Of a stretch of DNA of 64,000 nucleotides, positions 48,561 through 58,066 are shown in pieces (positions within the stretch are counted from its first letter, which is position 1; each line of letters opens with the position of its first letter). Origin of the DNA: Nannocystales bacterium (GTDB taxonomy: Bacteria > Myxococcota_A > Polyangia > Nannocystales > Nannocystaceae); assembly GCA_050633305.1 (NCBI GenBank), contig JBOEGF010000014.1, positions 64,001 to 128,000 on the forward strand, written 5' to 3'. The notes beneath the pieces were generated by a model. It saw nothing but the letters and a program-made list of their open reading frames with translations. It was not told where the DNA came from and ran no database searches. Made by a program: the position numbers and the translations under genes.

Positions 48561-50150
48561 ATGGACCTCGACGTCTTGGTGCTCGATGCCCAAGCCACGG
48601 GTGCTTCGCCGAGGCATGGCAACCTGCTCGAACTCGGCTGGGCCTGGGCCCAGGCACACGAAACCGACGTCGAGGTGCGGGCGCGTTTGATCGCCCAATC
48701 CGAGGGCAGCGAACTCCCCAAAATCATCACCCGGGTCACCGGCATCGATGACACGATGCTGGAGCGTGCCCGGCCACTCGATGAGGTTTGGTCGGAGGTC
48801 GCGGCGACATGCGCCAAGCGAGCGCCTACCCGAGCCGTCATCCACTGCGCGCGCTTTGAGCTTTCGTTCTTGCAGTCTCTGATGCCGCTGGGGAAGGCGC
48901 TGCCCTTTGACACCCTTTGTACGCTCGAGCTTGCCCGGCGGTTACTGCCGGGGCTGCCACGTCGCGGATTGCGAGCATTGGCGGGCTATTTCGGCCTTGG
49001 CGTCGAGCAGCTTCGGCGCAGCGAGGACCACGTGCGGGCGACCGCATTTGTGTGGCACCACCTCGCCGCGATGCTCGCCGGGAAAGGGATCGAGGACTGG
49101 GATGACGCAGTCGCGCTCACCCACGAGGACGCGCCGAAGCGGGGGCGCAAGGAGTTTCCGATCCCCAGGGAGACTCGGCTCGCACTTCCCGACGAGCCGG
49201 GCGTCTACCGCATGCTCCGGAGCAACGGAGACGTGCTCTACGTCGGCAAGGCCACGTCGCTCAAGCGCCGTGTGAACAGCTACTTCCAGAAACAATCGCG
49301 CCGGGATGAGCGAGTGCTGGAGTTGCTCTCGCAGGTTCGAGACCTCGACATCACACGCACCGCCACGCCGCTCGAGGCGGCGCTGCTCGAGACCGATACC
49401 ATCAAGCTGCTGGAGCCGCCGTACAACGTGGCGTTGCTCTCGGAAACACGGGAGCCGTGCTTCGTCTCCCGGGACCTGCTCGAGGTTTCGACGGAGCACT
49501 CCGACGCATCTCCTCTGGGTCCGATCCCCTCCTCGTGGCGACAGAGACGATTCGTGGGGTTGTCTCAACTTCTTGCCGGGGACACGTCCGAGCAGGCCGT
49601 GGCCCGAGCCTTTGGGTGGACACCCGAGGAGCTGCCCGAGGATATCTTGGTGGAGGGTCTTCGAGCGTTTGAAGACCGAAACGTCGGGGCGGGGCGGTCG
49701 GCTGCTGGGTTCCGGGCGGCTGGGATGCGTCGCTGGAACACTCAGGCTCGAAAAGAAGACCCCGCCGAAGGAGTGGACGAAGACGACGACACCTGGGATG
49801 TGGCCCGCGTTTTGCGAAACCTCGAAGACACCTTGGTGTTCTTCGCGCTCGAACTCCGCAGAGGTGCTTGGCTTCGGCGGTTGAGCAACGCATCGATGAG
49901 CTTCGATGACGGTGTGCAACGAACGTTGGTGATGCGCGGCGGTCGGGTCCGCTCGCGGCGTGACGGCCACCAGCTCAAACTCGTTCGCCCCGGCGTGCCG
50001 ACGTTCGACATCGCGACGTACGACCGCCTGAGGGTGCTGACCACCGAGCTGCGCCGCGTCGTGCAGGACGGAGGTTCGGTGTCGATGCAGTTTGCCGGGG
50101 GCCGGGTGCTGAGCCCGGACGCTGTCGCCCGTATGCTTCCCTGGGTGTAG
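48561..50150 (+). CDS. DnaQ-like exonuclease domain (degenerate) fused to UvrC-type GIY-YIG nuclease
   Basis: VLDAQATG, ITRVTGI, CTLELARRL; LPDEPGVYRM...LYVGKATSLKRRVNSYF, EAALLE..IK..EPPYN. Confidence 0.85.
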   Translation: MDLDVLVLDAQATGASPRHGNLLELGWAWAQAHETDVEVRARLIAQSEGSELPKIITRVTGIDDTMLERARPLDEVWSEVAATCAKRAPTRAVIHCARFELSFLQSLMPLGKALPFDTLCTLELARRLLPGLPRRGLRALAGYFGLGVEQLRRSEDHVRATAFVWHHLAAMLAGKGIEDWDDAVALTHEDAPKRGRKEFPIPRETRLALPDEPGVYRMLRSNGDVLYVGKATSLKRRVNSYFQKQSRRDERVLELLSQVRDLDITRTATPLEAALLETDTIKLLEPPYNVALLSETREPCFVSRDLLEVSTEHSDASPLGPIPSSWRQRRFVGLSQLLAGDTSEQAVARAFGWTPEELPEDILVEGLRAFEDRNVGAGRSAAGFRAAGMRRWNTQARKEDPAEGVDEDDDTWDVARVLRNLEDTLVFFALELRRGAWLRRLSNASMSFDDGVQRTLVMRGGRVRSRRDGHQLKLVRPGVPTFDIATYDRLRVLTTELRRVVQDGGSVSMQFAGGRVLSPDAVARMLPWV

Positions 50151-50191
50151 CGGCCCGTGGTGCGTGAAAGAGGTGGCTCAGACTCTCCACA

Positions 50192-51217
50192 CTACGACGC
50201 GCAACAGAGCGTGACGGCTTGGCTCGGGGTGGCTTCCCCCGAGGGCACAACGTCGGAGGCCTCGCAGCTGCCGTTGTCGACGACGGCGCTCACCGAGTAG
50301 GACCCCGACACGGCGATGTTCGTGCACGCGCCAAGGGGAACCTCTTGGCCGGTGCCGCCGCAGGAGCCACTGTCGTACGCGAACGCTTGCGCGTCGCAGG
50401 TGCTGGGCCCACTGCACGTGCAGCCTTCGCAGGTGCGTTGGTCATCGAACGAGCGGTGCACGAGGGTCCGAGCACTCCAACCGTCGCCGGGGCACTCCAC
50501 GTCGCCCTCGCTCGAGATGCACAGTTGCGTGGCGTAACCCTCCGGGCTCTGTGCGATGCAGACGTCCGAGCCGCAGTCGCCGCCCCGTGCCGGGGCGGCG
50601 CAGAATGTGGTTGCAGAGGCCCACGTTGCCTCCGGGGTCGCGGTGATGACGTCCGCGACGCACGAGACGGGAGCTCCAGCCTGTTCGGCTCGCATGCGGA
50701 TGTTGGCGCCCACCGCTTCATACGCGCGGCATGTCCCATCTTCCAGCGTGTCGCTCACCAGGGGGCCGAAGCACGCGGCGGTGATCGTGAGCTCGAAGTC
50801 GACGCGACAGTCCCCGACTTCCTCAACGCAGTTGCATGTGCAGTCGGAAGCCTCGGCGGTCAGTCCGCTGAACCCGAGGTCTTGCCGGGCGAACCCGGTG
50901 GGACAGTCGATCGGATTTGCGGCCTCCACGACGTGGAAGGGACCATTCCAGCCGCCCGGAACGGTTGGCGCGCATGAGTCGACGCAGGGTTCGTCGTTGG
51001 CGACGGAGGTGGAGCCGGCGACGGAGGATGTGGAGCCCTCGCCACCTTCTGACGCGTGGCTGGTACCGCTCTCTGTGTCGCTTCCGGACGCCGTCGGCTC
51101 GGTTCCCATGGATGAACCGAGCTCGTTGGAGTCATTCGTACCGTCGCTCTCGAACGAGCAACCAATGCCCGCGATGACGATGACGAGCCCGGAAAATCGC
51201 CGTGCAACCTTCCCCAT
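50192..51217 (-). CDS. Cys-rich myxobacterial lipoprotein
   Basis: Lipobox GIGC, S/T/G linker, PGGWNGP, more than 20 Cys, ends TLCCAS. Confidence 0.8.
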   Translation of the reverse strand: MGKVARRFSGLVIVIAGIGCSFESDGTNDSNELGSSMGTEPTASGSDTESGTSHASEGGEGSTSSVAGSTSVANDEPCVDSCAPTVPGGWNGPFHVVEAANPIDCPTGFARQDLGFSGLTAEASDCTCNCVEEVGDCRVDFELTITAACFGPLVSDTLEDGTCRAYEAVGANIRMRAEQAGAPVSCVADVITATPEATWASATTFCAAPARGGDCGSDVCIAQSPEGYATQLCISSEGDVECPGDGWSARTLVHRSFDDQRTCEGCTCSGPSTCDAQAFAYDSGSCGGTGQEVPLGACTNIAVSGSYSVSAVVDNGSCEASDVVPSGEATPSQAVTLCCAS

Positions 51218-51256
51218 TGTGGAGAGCGTACCAGCGCTGCTCCGCGGTGGGAGGGC

Positions 51257-51913
51257 TCACCGCGCCCAGTGCGGAGGATGGGCTCTGTCCACCCCTGGGA
51301 GCGCAGCGAATCGGCGCTTGAAGTCCGCCAGTCGAGGGTGCGCGTGTGCCAGCGTGGAAACGCCGAGGTCGAGTTCTGCGACCTCGGGGCGCGCCGCCAT
51401 ACGATCGATGAGGCACGCGGTCGGGTAGAACACGATGTCGACTGCGCTGATTCGCTCGCCAGCCAGCCAGGGGGAGGACTCCAGGAGGCGGTCGAACGCA
51501 GCGAACTCTTCGTGCATCACCTGGGCACGTTCGCGAATATGGTCGGCGCGTTCGGACGCTTGACCCCTGAACAGCGGCGCCATGACTTCTCCGGCGACCT
51601 TGCCGACGTAGCTCTCGTGTTCGTAGAACCGTTGCGCGATCCGAGCGGTCTCGGCCGCCGTCTCGCCGAACAGCGGGGGATTGGGAACCTTGCGGTCGAT
51701 GTACGTCAGGATCGCGAGTGACTCGGTCACGACGGTCTCTCCGTCGACGAGGGCAGGGACCTTCCCTCGGGGAGAGAGCGCGAGGTACTCGGGCGTCTTG
51801 TGTTGCTTCTTTGAGAACTCCAGCAGTTCGTCCTCGAACTCGACCCCCTTGATGATGAGCGCCAGCATCGCACGCCAGGCGTACGGACTTCCGCTTCCCC
51901 AGTAGAGCTTCAT
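51257..51913 (-). CDS. Glutathione S-transferase family protein
   Basis: MKLYWGSGSPYAWRA, SPRGKVPALVDG, ESLAILTYID, WLAGERISAVD. Confidence 0.92.
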   Translation of the reverse strand: MKLYWGSGSPYAWRAMLALIIKGVEFEDELLEFSKKQHKTPEYLALSPRGKVPALVDGETVVTESLAILTYIDRKVPNPPLFGETAAETARIAQRFYEHESYVGKVAGEVMAPLFRGQASERADHIRERAQVMHEEFAAFDRLLESSPWLAGERISAVDIVFYPTACLIDRMAARPEVAELDLGVSTLAHAHPRLADFKRRFAALPGVDRAHPPHWAR

Positions 51914-51992
51914 ACTCGGCGAAGATACTCCGTGACGCTCGCGCGCGTACGAAAGCCGCGCCGGGGCCACGCTGTGGTCTTCAGGACGGTCC

Positions 51993-53501
51993 CTAGCTCG
52001 CGAGTTCCCATTGAGCCGGGCCGTCGAAGAGGGCGCCAAACGTGTCGTCGTCGGGGTTGACCCAAACGACTCTCGTTTGGAACACAGCCACTCTCGCCAG
52101 GCGTCCTTCGCCCAGTCGGACTCGGATGCTGACCAGGTCCCCCGGCTCGACGCCTTGTTGGCCCTCGACCCGCAGCCCACCCGCGCTGATGTCGAGGATT
52201 CGAGCCGCCGTTGTTTCGGCTCCCTCCTCCCCAATGCTCGCGGTGAACTGACACGGAAGTCGGGTCCAGCGACGACGGTTTGCCTTGTTGCGATGCGACT
52301 CCCGCAACACGCCTTCGAGCCGGCGCAGGTTCTCCCGGTCTTGGATCTTGAGCAGCGCGCCCCCGCTCTCTTTTGCGCGCAACTTGAGCAGCCGAACCAC
52401 AGCGTCCAAGGTCCGCAGGGCTGCTTCGTGTCCAACATCGTCGCCGTCCGCCGGCTCGTTGCGGGGCGTCCCGTGGCTCGCAGGCGCCGGTGGCTCGGGT
52501 TGTGCCTTCGGCCGCTCGGGCTCGACCTGCTGGGGCAGAGGCTCGGGCTCGAGTGAGCCAGGGATAGGTGTGTGCACGCGCTGGGAACGGGGGTCGAGGG
52601 GAACCGTGGTCAGGTTCATCCCTGGCGCGAGTGGATCCAGTGAGGGCTTCTCGGCCGGGGCCTTGACTCTGGAGATGGGGGGCTCGACGCGTGAGACCGG
52701 GGGCTCGTCTCTGGGAACCGGGCGCTCGAATCTCGCCGTTGGGGGCTCGACACGTGACGCGGGCGGCTCGGCGGCCGGAGGTTCGAGCGGCGTCTCGTCG
52801 TTCCGAGGGTCGGGTTCGGACTCGTCGGCCTTCTCGTGCAGGCTCCACTCGAGTTCGCCGGGCATCGGAGTCGGGAGTCGTACGGCGCGCTCCCGCTGGT
52901 CGCGAAGGTAGGCGGGCTCGGATTCTTCGGGCTCCGACGCCTTGGCTGGTGGATCGTTTGGTGGCGGGCTCGGCGGGGCCTGTCCCCCCGATGCAGGCCG
53001 TGCAGGCCGCTCCAGTCGTTGCTCGGAAGGACGCTCCGCCGCCTCGGCTGCGACGAGTTCTTGCGTCGTTCGCTGGGCGGGCATGTCCTGCGTCCGAGAG
53101 GTCAAGATCTCCGTTGCCATGCGTCGCTTCACGGCGGTCGCGCCCATGGTGTCCTTTGTGGTCAGCTTGTTGAGGAAGATCGCCGAGGTCAGGACTCGGC
53201 CCTTGAGCTGGTCGATGACGTACTCCGAGACGCCGATCGAGACCTTGTCCCCGGTGCGCAGCGGTCTGCGGACGACCTTGAGCCCGTGCACGAAGGTCCC
53301 GTTGTGGCTGCCAAGGTCCTCGAGCAAAACCTCATCGGCGGTCACGAGGATGCGGGCGTGTTCCCGCGAGACCCTCTGATCGAGAATCTGAATGTCGGCG
53401 GCCGCAGAACGCCCCAGGATCACGCTCTCGTTGAGAACGTAAATCGCATGGGCGTGAGCCCCCCGGACTCCCTTTAGAATCCAGTTCGTCTTGCCGAACA
53501 T
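51993..53501 (-). CDS. FHA domain - Pro-rich linker - PilZ domain protein
   Basis: LGRS, VSREHA, DLGSHNGTFV at the N-terminus; NRRRWTR (RxxxR) and DISAGG (DxSxxG), RVVW at the C-terminus. Confidence 0.85.
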   Translation of the reverse strand: MFGKTNWILKGVRGAHAHAIYVLNESVILGRSAAADIQILDQRVSREHARILVTADEVLLEDLGSHNGTFVHGLKVVRRPLRTGDKVSIGVSEYVIDQLKGRVLTSAIFLNKLTTKDTMGATAVKRRMATEILTSRTQDMPAQRTTQELVAAEAAERPSEQRLERPARPASGGQAPPSPPPNDPPAKASEPEESEPAYLRDQRERAVRLPTPMPGELEWSLHEKADESEPDPRNDETPLEPPAAEPPASRVEPPTARFERPVPRDEPPVSRVEPPISRVKAPAEKPSLDPLAPGMNLTTVPLDPRSQRVHTPIPGSLEPEPLPQQVEPERPKAQPEPPAPASHGTPRNEPADGDDVGHEAALRTLDAVVRLLKLRAKESGGALLKIQDRENLRRLEGVLRESHRNKANRRRWTRLPCQFTASIGEEGAETTAARILDISAGGLRVEGQQGVEPGDLVSIRVRLGEGRLARVAVFQTRVVWVNPDDDTFGALFDGPAQWELAS

Positions 53502-53557
53502 CCGTAACCCCCGCTACCCAAGGATAGGTCGGGAGAACGAAAAGAGAAATCGCGCGA

Positions 53558-53971
53558 CTAGCGAGTTCCGACGCGGACCGAAGTTGGGACGATCTGGACG
53601 GTGATCGTGTGCCCGTCGGCCTGGAGTTTTTCGGTGACTCGGCCGTGGGACGCGGTTCGGCTCGCCAACTCGCCGCCATCGCGGCTGTAGCGGAGCTGGG
53701 CGCCGTCGCCTGCGGAAGAGATATCGATCGTGTGCTTATGAAGGTCGCTGATGACCTCGAAGGAGGCCGCGTCACCCATGCGGATCGCGCGCGTCTTCGC
53801 GCGGTACACGCGGCCGTTGGCCTCCCGGACGGTCACCTTCACGACAGCGACGGCAAATTCGGTGGATTCAGCCGCGTGAGCGGTCGCAGCGGGCGTCCCG
53901 ACGAACGTCGCAGCGCTCAAGGTGGCTCCAAGGATCCAGGCGAACGCTTTGTGGTGACGATGTCGGCTCAT
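53558..53971 (-). CDS. Secreted hypothetical protein
   Basis: Signal peptide ending AHA; beta-rich mature part. Confidence 0.6.
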   Translation of the reverse strand: MSRHRHHKAFAWILGATLSAATFVGTPAATAHAAESTEFAVAVVKVTVREANGRVYRAKTRAIRMGDAASFEVISDLHKHTIDISSAGDGAQLRYSRDGGELASRTASHGRVTEKLQADGHTITVQIVPTSVRVGTR

Positions 53972-54085
53972 GTCGGCTTACCCCGCACTCAATATGACAC
54001 CTGATCCCCCGGGTTGTCCGGTCACATCGATGTCATCGCGAGAAAAACCTACATGTGGAGCGAGATCGCTCCTCAGTTGCGCGGT

Positions 54086-54787
54086 TTAGCCTTCTTCGTC
54101 GACACCGAGCTCGGTCTCCGCGTCCGAAGGGGCACCCACGGCGTGCCAGTGTGCTGCCGTCGCGGCGAGTTCGTCGACTTGGTAGCGGTGATACATGCTG
54201 GCCTGACGCCACGCGAGGAGCGCGGAGGCGAGCAGAAGCAGGCCGAGCACCGCGGTCACCGGGAGCGTGGCTCCGAGTTCCCAGACTGGCAGCAGCCACA
54301 GCAGGGCTGCGAACCCGATTCCGTCGTAGGCGGCGCCCAAGATCCAGTACCGCCGTACGAGCGAGTAGGTCTCGCGCAGCCCAGCTTCCGTACGAACGAG
54401 AACCCACAGCCGGCTGTAGAGGGCGTCGGGCTGCCCTGCGTACCGGGCAAAGTCGCTGACCCGGCCGAGGTCGTGTTCCTTGAACAACTCCGCCATCCGC
54501 CGCGCGTTGTTGTGGCCCTCCAGCATCGGAATGCGCTCGAGACCTTTGCGACGGACGGCGCGTCCGAGCGCGTAGGTGACCAGGCCGAGGATGTACGCGG
54601 CGATGACTGCAACGAGGGCCCGGTCTGCCGACAGCCCCTCGGGGATCGCGACCCCGTTTTGCGAGAGCCAGACCAAGAATGCGCCCAACGCCGCCGAGCC
54701 GGCGACGAAGAACGAGAGGTCGAAGACGTCCAGGACGTCGGCCAGCTTCTCGGCAAACTTGCCGGCGGCTTCAGCGAGGCTCCCCAT
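54086..54787 (-). CDS. Membrane protein of unknown function (about 4 TM)
   Basis: Hydrophobic segments FDLSFFVAGSAALG, IAAYILGLV, GIGFAALLWL, VLGLLLLAS; GC3-biased codons. Alternative GTG at 54796. Confidence 0.7.
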   Translation of the reverse strand: MGSLAEAAGKFAEKLADVLDVFDLSFFVAGSAALGAFLVWLSQNGVAIPEGLSADRALVAVIAAYILGLVTYALGRAVRRKGLERIPMLEGHNNARRMAELFKEHDLGRVSDFARYAGQPDALYSRLWVLVRTEAGLRETYSLVRRYWILGAAYDGIGFAALLWLLPVWELGATLPVTAVLGLLLLASALLAWRQASMYHRYQVDELAATAAHWHAVGAPSDAETELGVDEEG

Positions 54788-54908
54788 GGAAGCCACCAGG
54801 GTACACGCGGCCTCGCGCCGGAATCACCTTTGTGGCGGGTCAGGTCATGGGCGCGCGCACAGCCCTGAACGTGCGGGGGGTCGGCCAGAGCGTGGCAGAC
54901 TCTTCGCC

Positions 54909-56096
54909 GTGGGTGAGTCTCCATCGCTTCCCGACGACCGGTACATCCCGGTGCGGATCGAGGCGTTGATGGCCGAAATCGCGTTGGAGCAGGAGCGCTT
55001 CGGCGAGGTCGCGACGGCGATCGAGCCCTTGGAGCTGGCGTTTGAGTATGCGGTCAGGCAGGAGACCGCGGCGTTTCGGCGGTTGGTGAGCCGGCGCTAC
55101 GAGCCGTTCAACCCCGCACGCGAGACCATCGCGCACGCGGAGGACCCGCAGGGCGAAGAGCGCATCGGATCGCTTCGGGCGATGGTCGCGTACCTGCTCG
55201 ACAAGGCGAACTACGAACCGCTCGAGGAAGGACAGCTCGAAGAAACGCTGCACCTCGCCAGCACCCACGGGATGAGTATTCGTGTGAATCCCGATCGGGT
55301 TGCGTTTCTCGATCTGTCTGTTCGGGGCAGGTCCGAAACGACGCGCACCGTTCGGACCTGGCGGCATCCGTTCTCGGGGGAAGAGCGACGCGTCGAGATC
55401 TTTCGGCGACTCGCGGTCGTGTTCAGGCCTTCCGACGAGGCCCGCGTGAGCCTCAAGCTCTTTCGCGAGATCCCCTTGGAAGACGTTGAGGCGTTGCTGC
55501 CCCACGCCGAGCCGCAGATGACACGGCTGGACAAGCTGAAGATCGTGGGTGGAGGACTGGGGGCGTTGGGCGGGATCGCAACGAAGCTGTGGGCGGTGCT
55601 CGTCAACGGTGCCGCGATCGCCTCGGGGTTCATGTGGGCCGCAACCGTCGCGATGGTCGGGCTGTCGGTTCGCTCGATCCTCGGATACCGGCACGCCAAG
55701 AAGGTGCGGTCGTCCCAGATGACCCATCACCTGTACTTCCAGAACGTCGCCAACAACGCGGGCGTGCTCGATCAGCTGCTCGCGAGCATCGGGCACGAAG
55801 AGCTCAAGGAAGCGCTCATCGGGTATGCGGTCGTGGCGTCGGATGCGTCCATCCACGACATGGCTTCGTTCGAGGCAGCCGCAGAGGGATGGCTGACGGA
55901 AGCGTTCGGGGTGCGGGTCGACTTCGACGGCGCCGATGCCCACGAGTCGCTCACGCGAATGGAACTGTGGGCCGATGCCGAGGCGTGGACGTTGGTCCCA
56001 CCGCAAGAGGCGATCGCTCGCTTGGACAAACGCTGGAGAATGAGGACGGGCGCGGACTATCACGTCCGGGCGTGGCACGAGCACTACGCGAGGTGA
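54909..56096 (+). CDS. DUF3754/TMEM143-like membrane protein
   Basis: RYIP, YEPFNP, LDKANY, LKLFREIP..DVE.LLP, two TMs, LYFQNVANNAGV, EELKEALIGY, VDFD..DA. Confidence 0.75.
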   Translation: MGESPSLPDDRYIPVRIEALMAEIALEQERFGEVATAIEPLELAFEYAVRQETAAFRRLVSRRYEPFNPARETIAHAEDPQGEERIGSLRAMVAYLLDKANYEPLEEGQLEETLHLASTHGMSIRVNPDRVAFLDLSVRGRSETTRTVRTWRHPFSGEERRVEIFRRLAVVFRPSDEARVSLKLFREIPLEDVEALLPHAEPQMTRLDKLKIVGGGLGALGGIATKLWAVLVNGAAIASGFMWAATVAMVGLSVRSILGYRHAKKVRSSQMTHHLYFQNVANNAGVLDQLLASIGHEELKEALIGYAVVASDASIHDMASFEAAAEGWLTEAFGVRVDFDGADAHESLTRMELWADAEAWTLVPPQEAIARLDKRWRMRTGADYHVRAWHEHYAR

Positions 56097-56289
56097 ACAG
56101 CCGGGGCCGGCAGCGAGCCTTAGAGTGAGACGGAGCAGAGGGCTCGCAGCGCTACGCGCTCACGGGCGAGAGCGTGTTCTCGTTTGGAGGGCGGTTCCTC
56201 TCCGCAGCCCCTGCGATCGAGGGCCCAGAGGCGAAGTCCCCGAGCGCCCCGAGCCCATCGGCAGACCTGCGCAGCCGCGAGCGAGCGGA

Positions 56290-57231
56290 TCAGGCTCGGC
56301 TAGCCTTGAACCGCTTCTTTCTTACCGCGGCTGCAACGCCTTGACCGTTGAGGTTGATATCCATGGCAAGCGTCGTTCGCGTGCTCGCCGACTCCAACCC
56401 GTGGGTCTCCAGCAGGTCCGCAAACAGCGCATCCACCTGCTCGCGGCAGAACGTGTCGATCGCGTCGCCCTCCCGGTCTGAAGCAAAGGCCTCCTCGACA
56501 ATCGCGCCGTAGCGATCCAGCTGCGGGTGGAGCAGCCCCGCGACCCCGGCCAGATCCGTCACACCACCGGCGTGGGTCAGGTACGCGGTCTTGGCTCCGG
56601 TCGCGACGATTCGGTCGACGCTGGCCTTGGCAGCCGCGGCATCGAAATCGGTCGGTGAAGTCGACGGTAGCGCGAACAGCCCCTTCTCCTGCAGGCGTGG
56701 ATAGACCAAACCGAACGCATCTCCGGTGAACACGCCTCTGCTGGCAGGGTCGTGGATGCAGAAGTGGTGGTTCGCGTGTCCCCGTGTGTGGAGGAAGCGA
56801 AGCTCCCTTCCGTTCCAATCCAGCACCTCGTCGTCGGCCATGATGCGAACGCGATCCTCGGGGATCGGATCGATCGTCCCGTACATCTTGGCGAACATGG
56901 CCTCGCCATACACAGCCGTCGCGCTTCGGACGAGCTTGCTCGGATCGATCGCGTGCTTGGCCGCGTTGGGGTGGGCAAGCAACGTTGCGTTCGGGCAAGC
57001 CTTCATCAAGTCCGCAGCACCCCCAGCATGGTCGAGGTGGACGTGTGTGATGACCACGTAGTCGACCTGCTCGGGCGTCATGCCTTTGTCCGCCAGAACC
57101 TCGAGCATCCGCGGGACTGCCGGAGCGTTGGCTGTCTCGATGAACGCGGCCCGGTCACCCTGCTGGAGCAGGTATGTCGTGACGAACTCTTCGTGGCCGA
57201 GGTATTTTGCGTCGATCGTGGTGACGGTCAC
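56290..57231 (-). CDS. Metallo-beta-lactamase-fold hydrolase
   Basis: ITHVHLDHAGG, HTRGHANHH, FTGDAFG, TSPTDFD, LTH. Confidence 0.9.
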   Translation of the reverse strand: MTVTTIDAKYLGHEEFVTTYLLQQGDRAAFIETANAPAVPRMLEVLADKGMTPEQVDYVVITHVHLDHAGGAADLMKACPNATLLAHPNAAKHAIDPSKLVRSATAVYGEAMFAKMYGTIDPIPEDRVRIMADDEVLDWNGRELRFLHTRGHANHHFCIHDPASRGVFTGDAFGLVYPRLQEKGLFALPSTSPTDFDAAAAKASVDRIVATGAKTAYLTHAGGVTDLAGVAGLLHPQLDRYGAIVEEAFASDREGDAIDTFCREQVDALFADLLETHGLESASTRTTLAMDINLNGQGVAAAVRKKRFKASRA

Positions 57232-57247
57232 TCGCGGAGGGTAGCAG

Positions 57248-57922
57248 TCACTCGGCGGTGCCGAACATCATGTCCCACAGCGGGGTGAGTGAGGCGAAGT
57301 TGCCCCCGCGCATGCTGACGTGGTGCGTGGCGTGCTTGCGGGCCAGGGCGCTGAACAGGCGCAGTCCAGGGACCGGAATGTCGAGGCCTGCGTGCACGAT
57401 GATGTTGAGGTTGGAGTGCACCAGCAGGATCACGCCCCAAGTCAGCGGGTCGAGCGGGCCCATGACACAGGCAACGGCGGTGAGCAGGAACTGTCCGAGG
57501 AAGGTCTCCATCGGGTGGAGGAACAAGCTCTCGATCGCGGTCGGCGCTCGCACGATGTGGTGCACGGCGTGGACCTTCTTGAGCCACCCGACGCCGTGAA
57601 AGGCGAAGCGGTGCATCAAGTAGTAGAAGAAGTCGTAGACCAAGAGGATGGCCGCAGCGAGGACGAGCTTGCCCATCCCAAACACCTCGCCCGTGTCGAT
57701 CAACCACCCCCCGGCGCCGTAGGTGAGGGCAAACACGGTGATGCCCGATAGGACAAGGTTGCCGCCGATGCGCTTGTAGAGCTTGGGGCCCTTCACCTTC
57801 TTGGACATCTCGGGGCGGATCCGAAACCGCTCGCAGCGTGTCGAATTCCACGCCGCCTGAACGCCAAAGAACATCGCGCCAGACGAGGCCAGCACGAGGA
57901 TCAGGATCCAAAGAAGCGACAT
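57248..57922 (-). CDS. Sterol desaturase / fatty-acid hydroxylase family membrane di-iron enzyme
   Basis: DFFYYLMHRFAFH, VHAVHH, HPME, IVHAG, HATHH, NFA..TPLWD.MFGT. Confidence 0.9.
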   Translation of the reverse strand: MSLLWILILVLASSGAMFFGVQAAWNSTRCERFRIRPEMSKKVKGPKLYKRIGGNLVLSGITVFALTYGAGGWLIDTGEVFGMGKLVLAAAILLVYDFFYYLMHRFAFHGVGWLKKVHAVHHIVRAPTAIESLFLHPMETFLGQFLLTAVACVMGPLDPLTWGVILLVHSNLNIIVHAGLDIPVPGLRLFSALARKHATHHVSMRGGNFASLTPLWDMMFGTAE

Positions 57923-58066
57923 CTGCGGGAGGGTAGGGGAATTCCAACCATCGACGCCGTGCGGCGAAGCACGCGAGAAGCTTCGGTTTCGCCTCTGGAT
58001 GGTTGGTTTGCGCGTCCGCGTGTCGCGGAGCACGCGACGGCCCAGGCGTGCGTGCTATTTTTTCGC

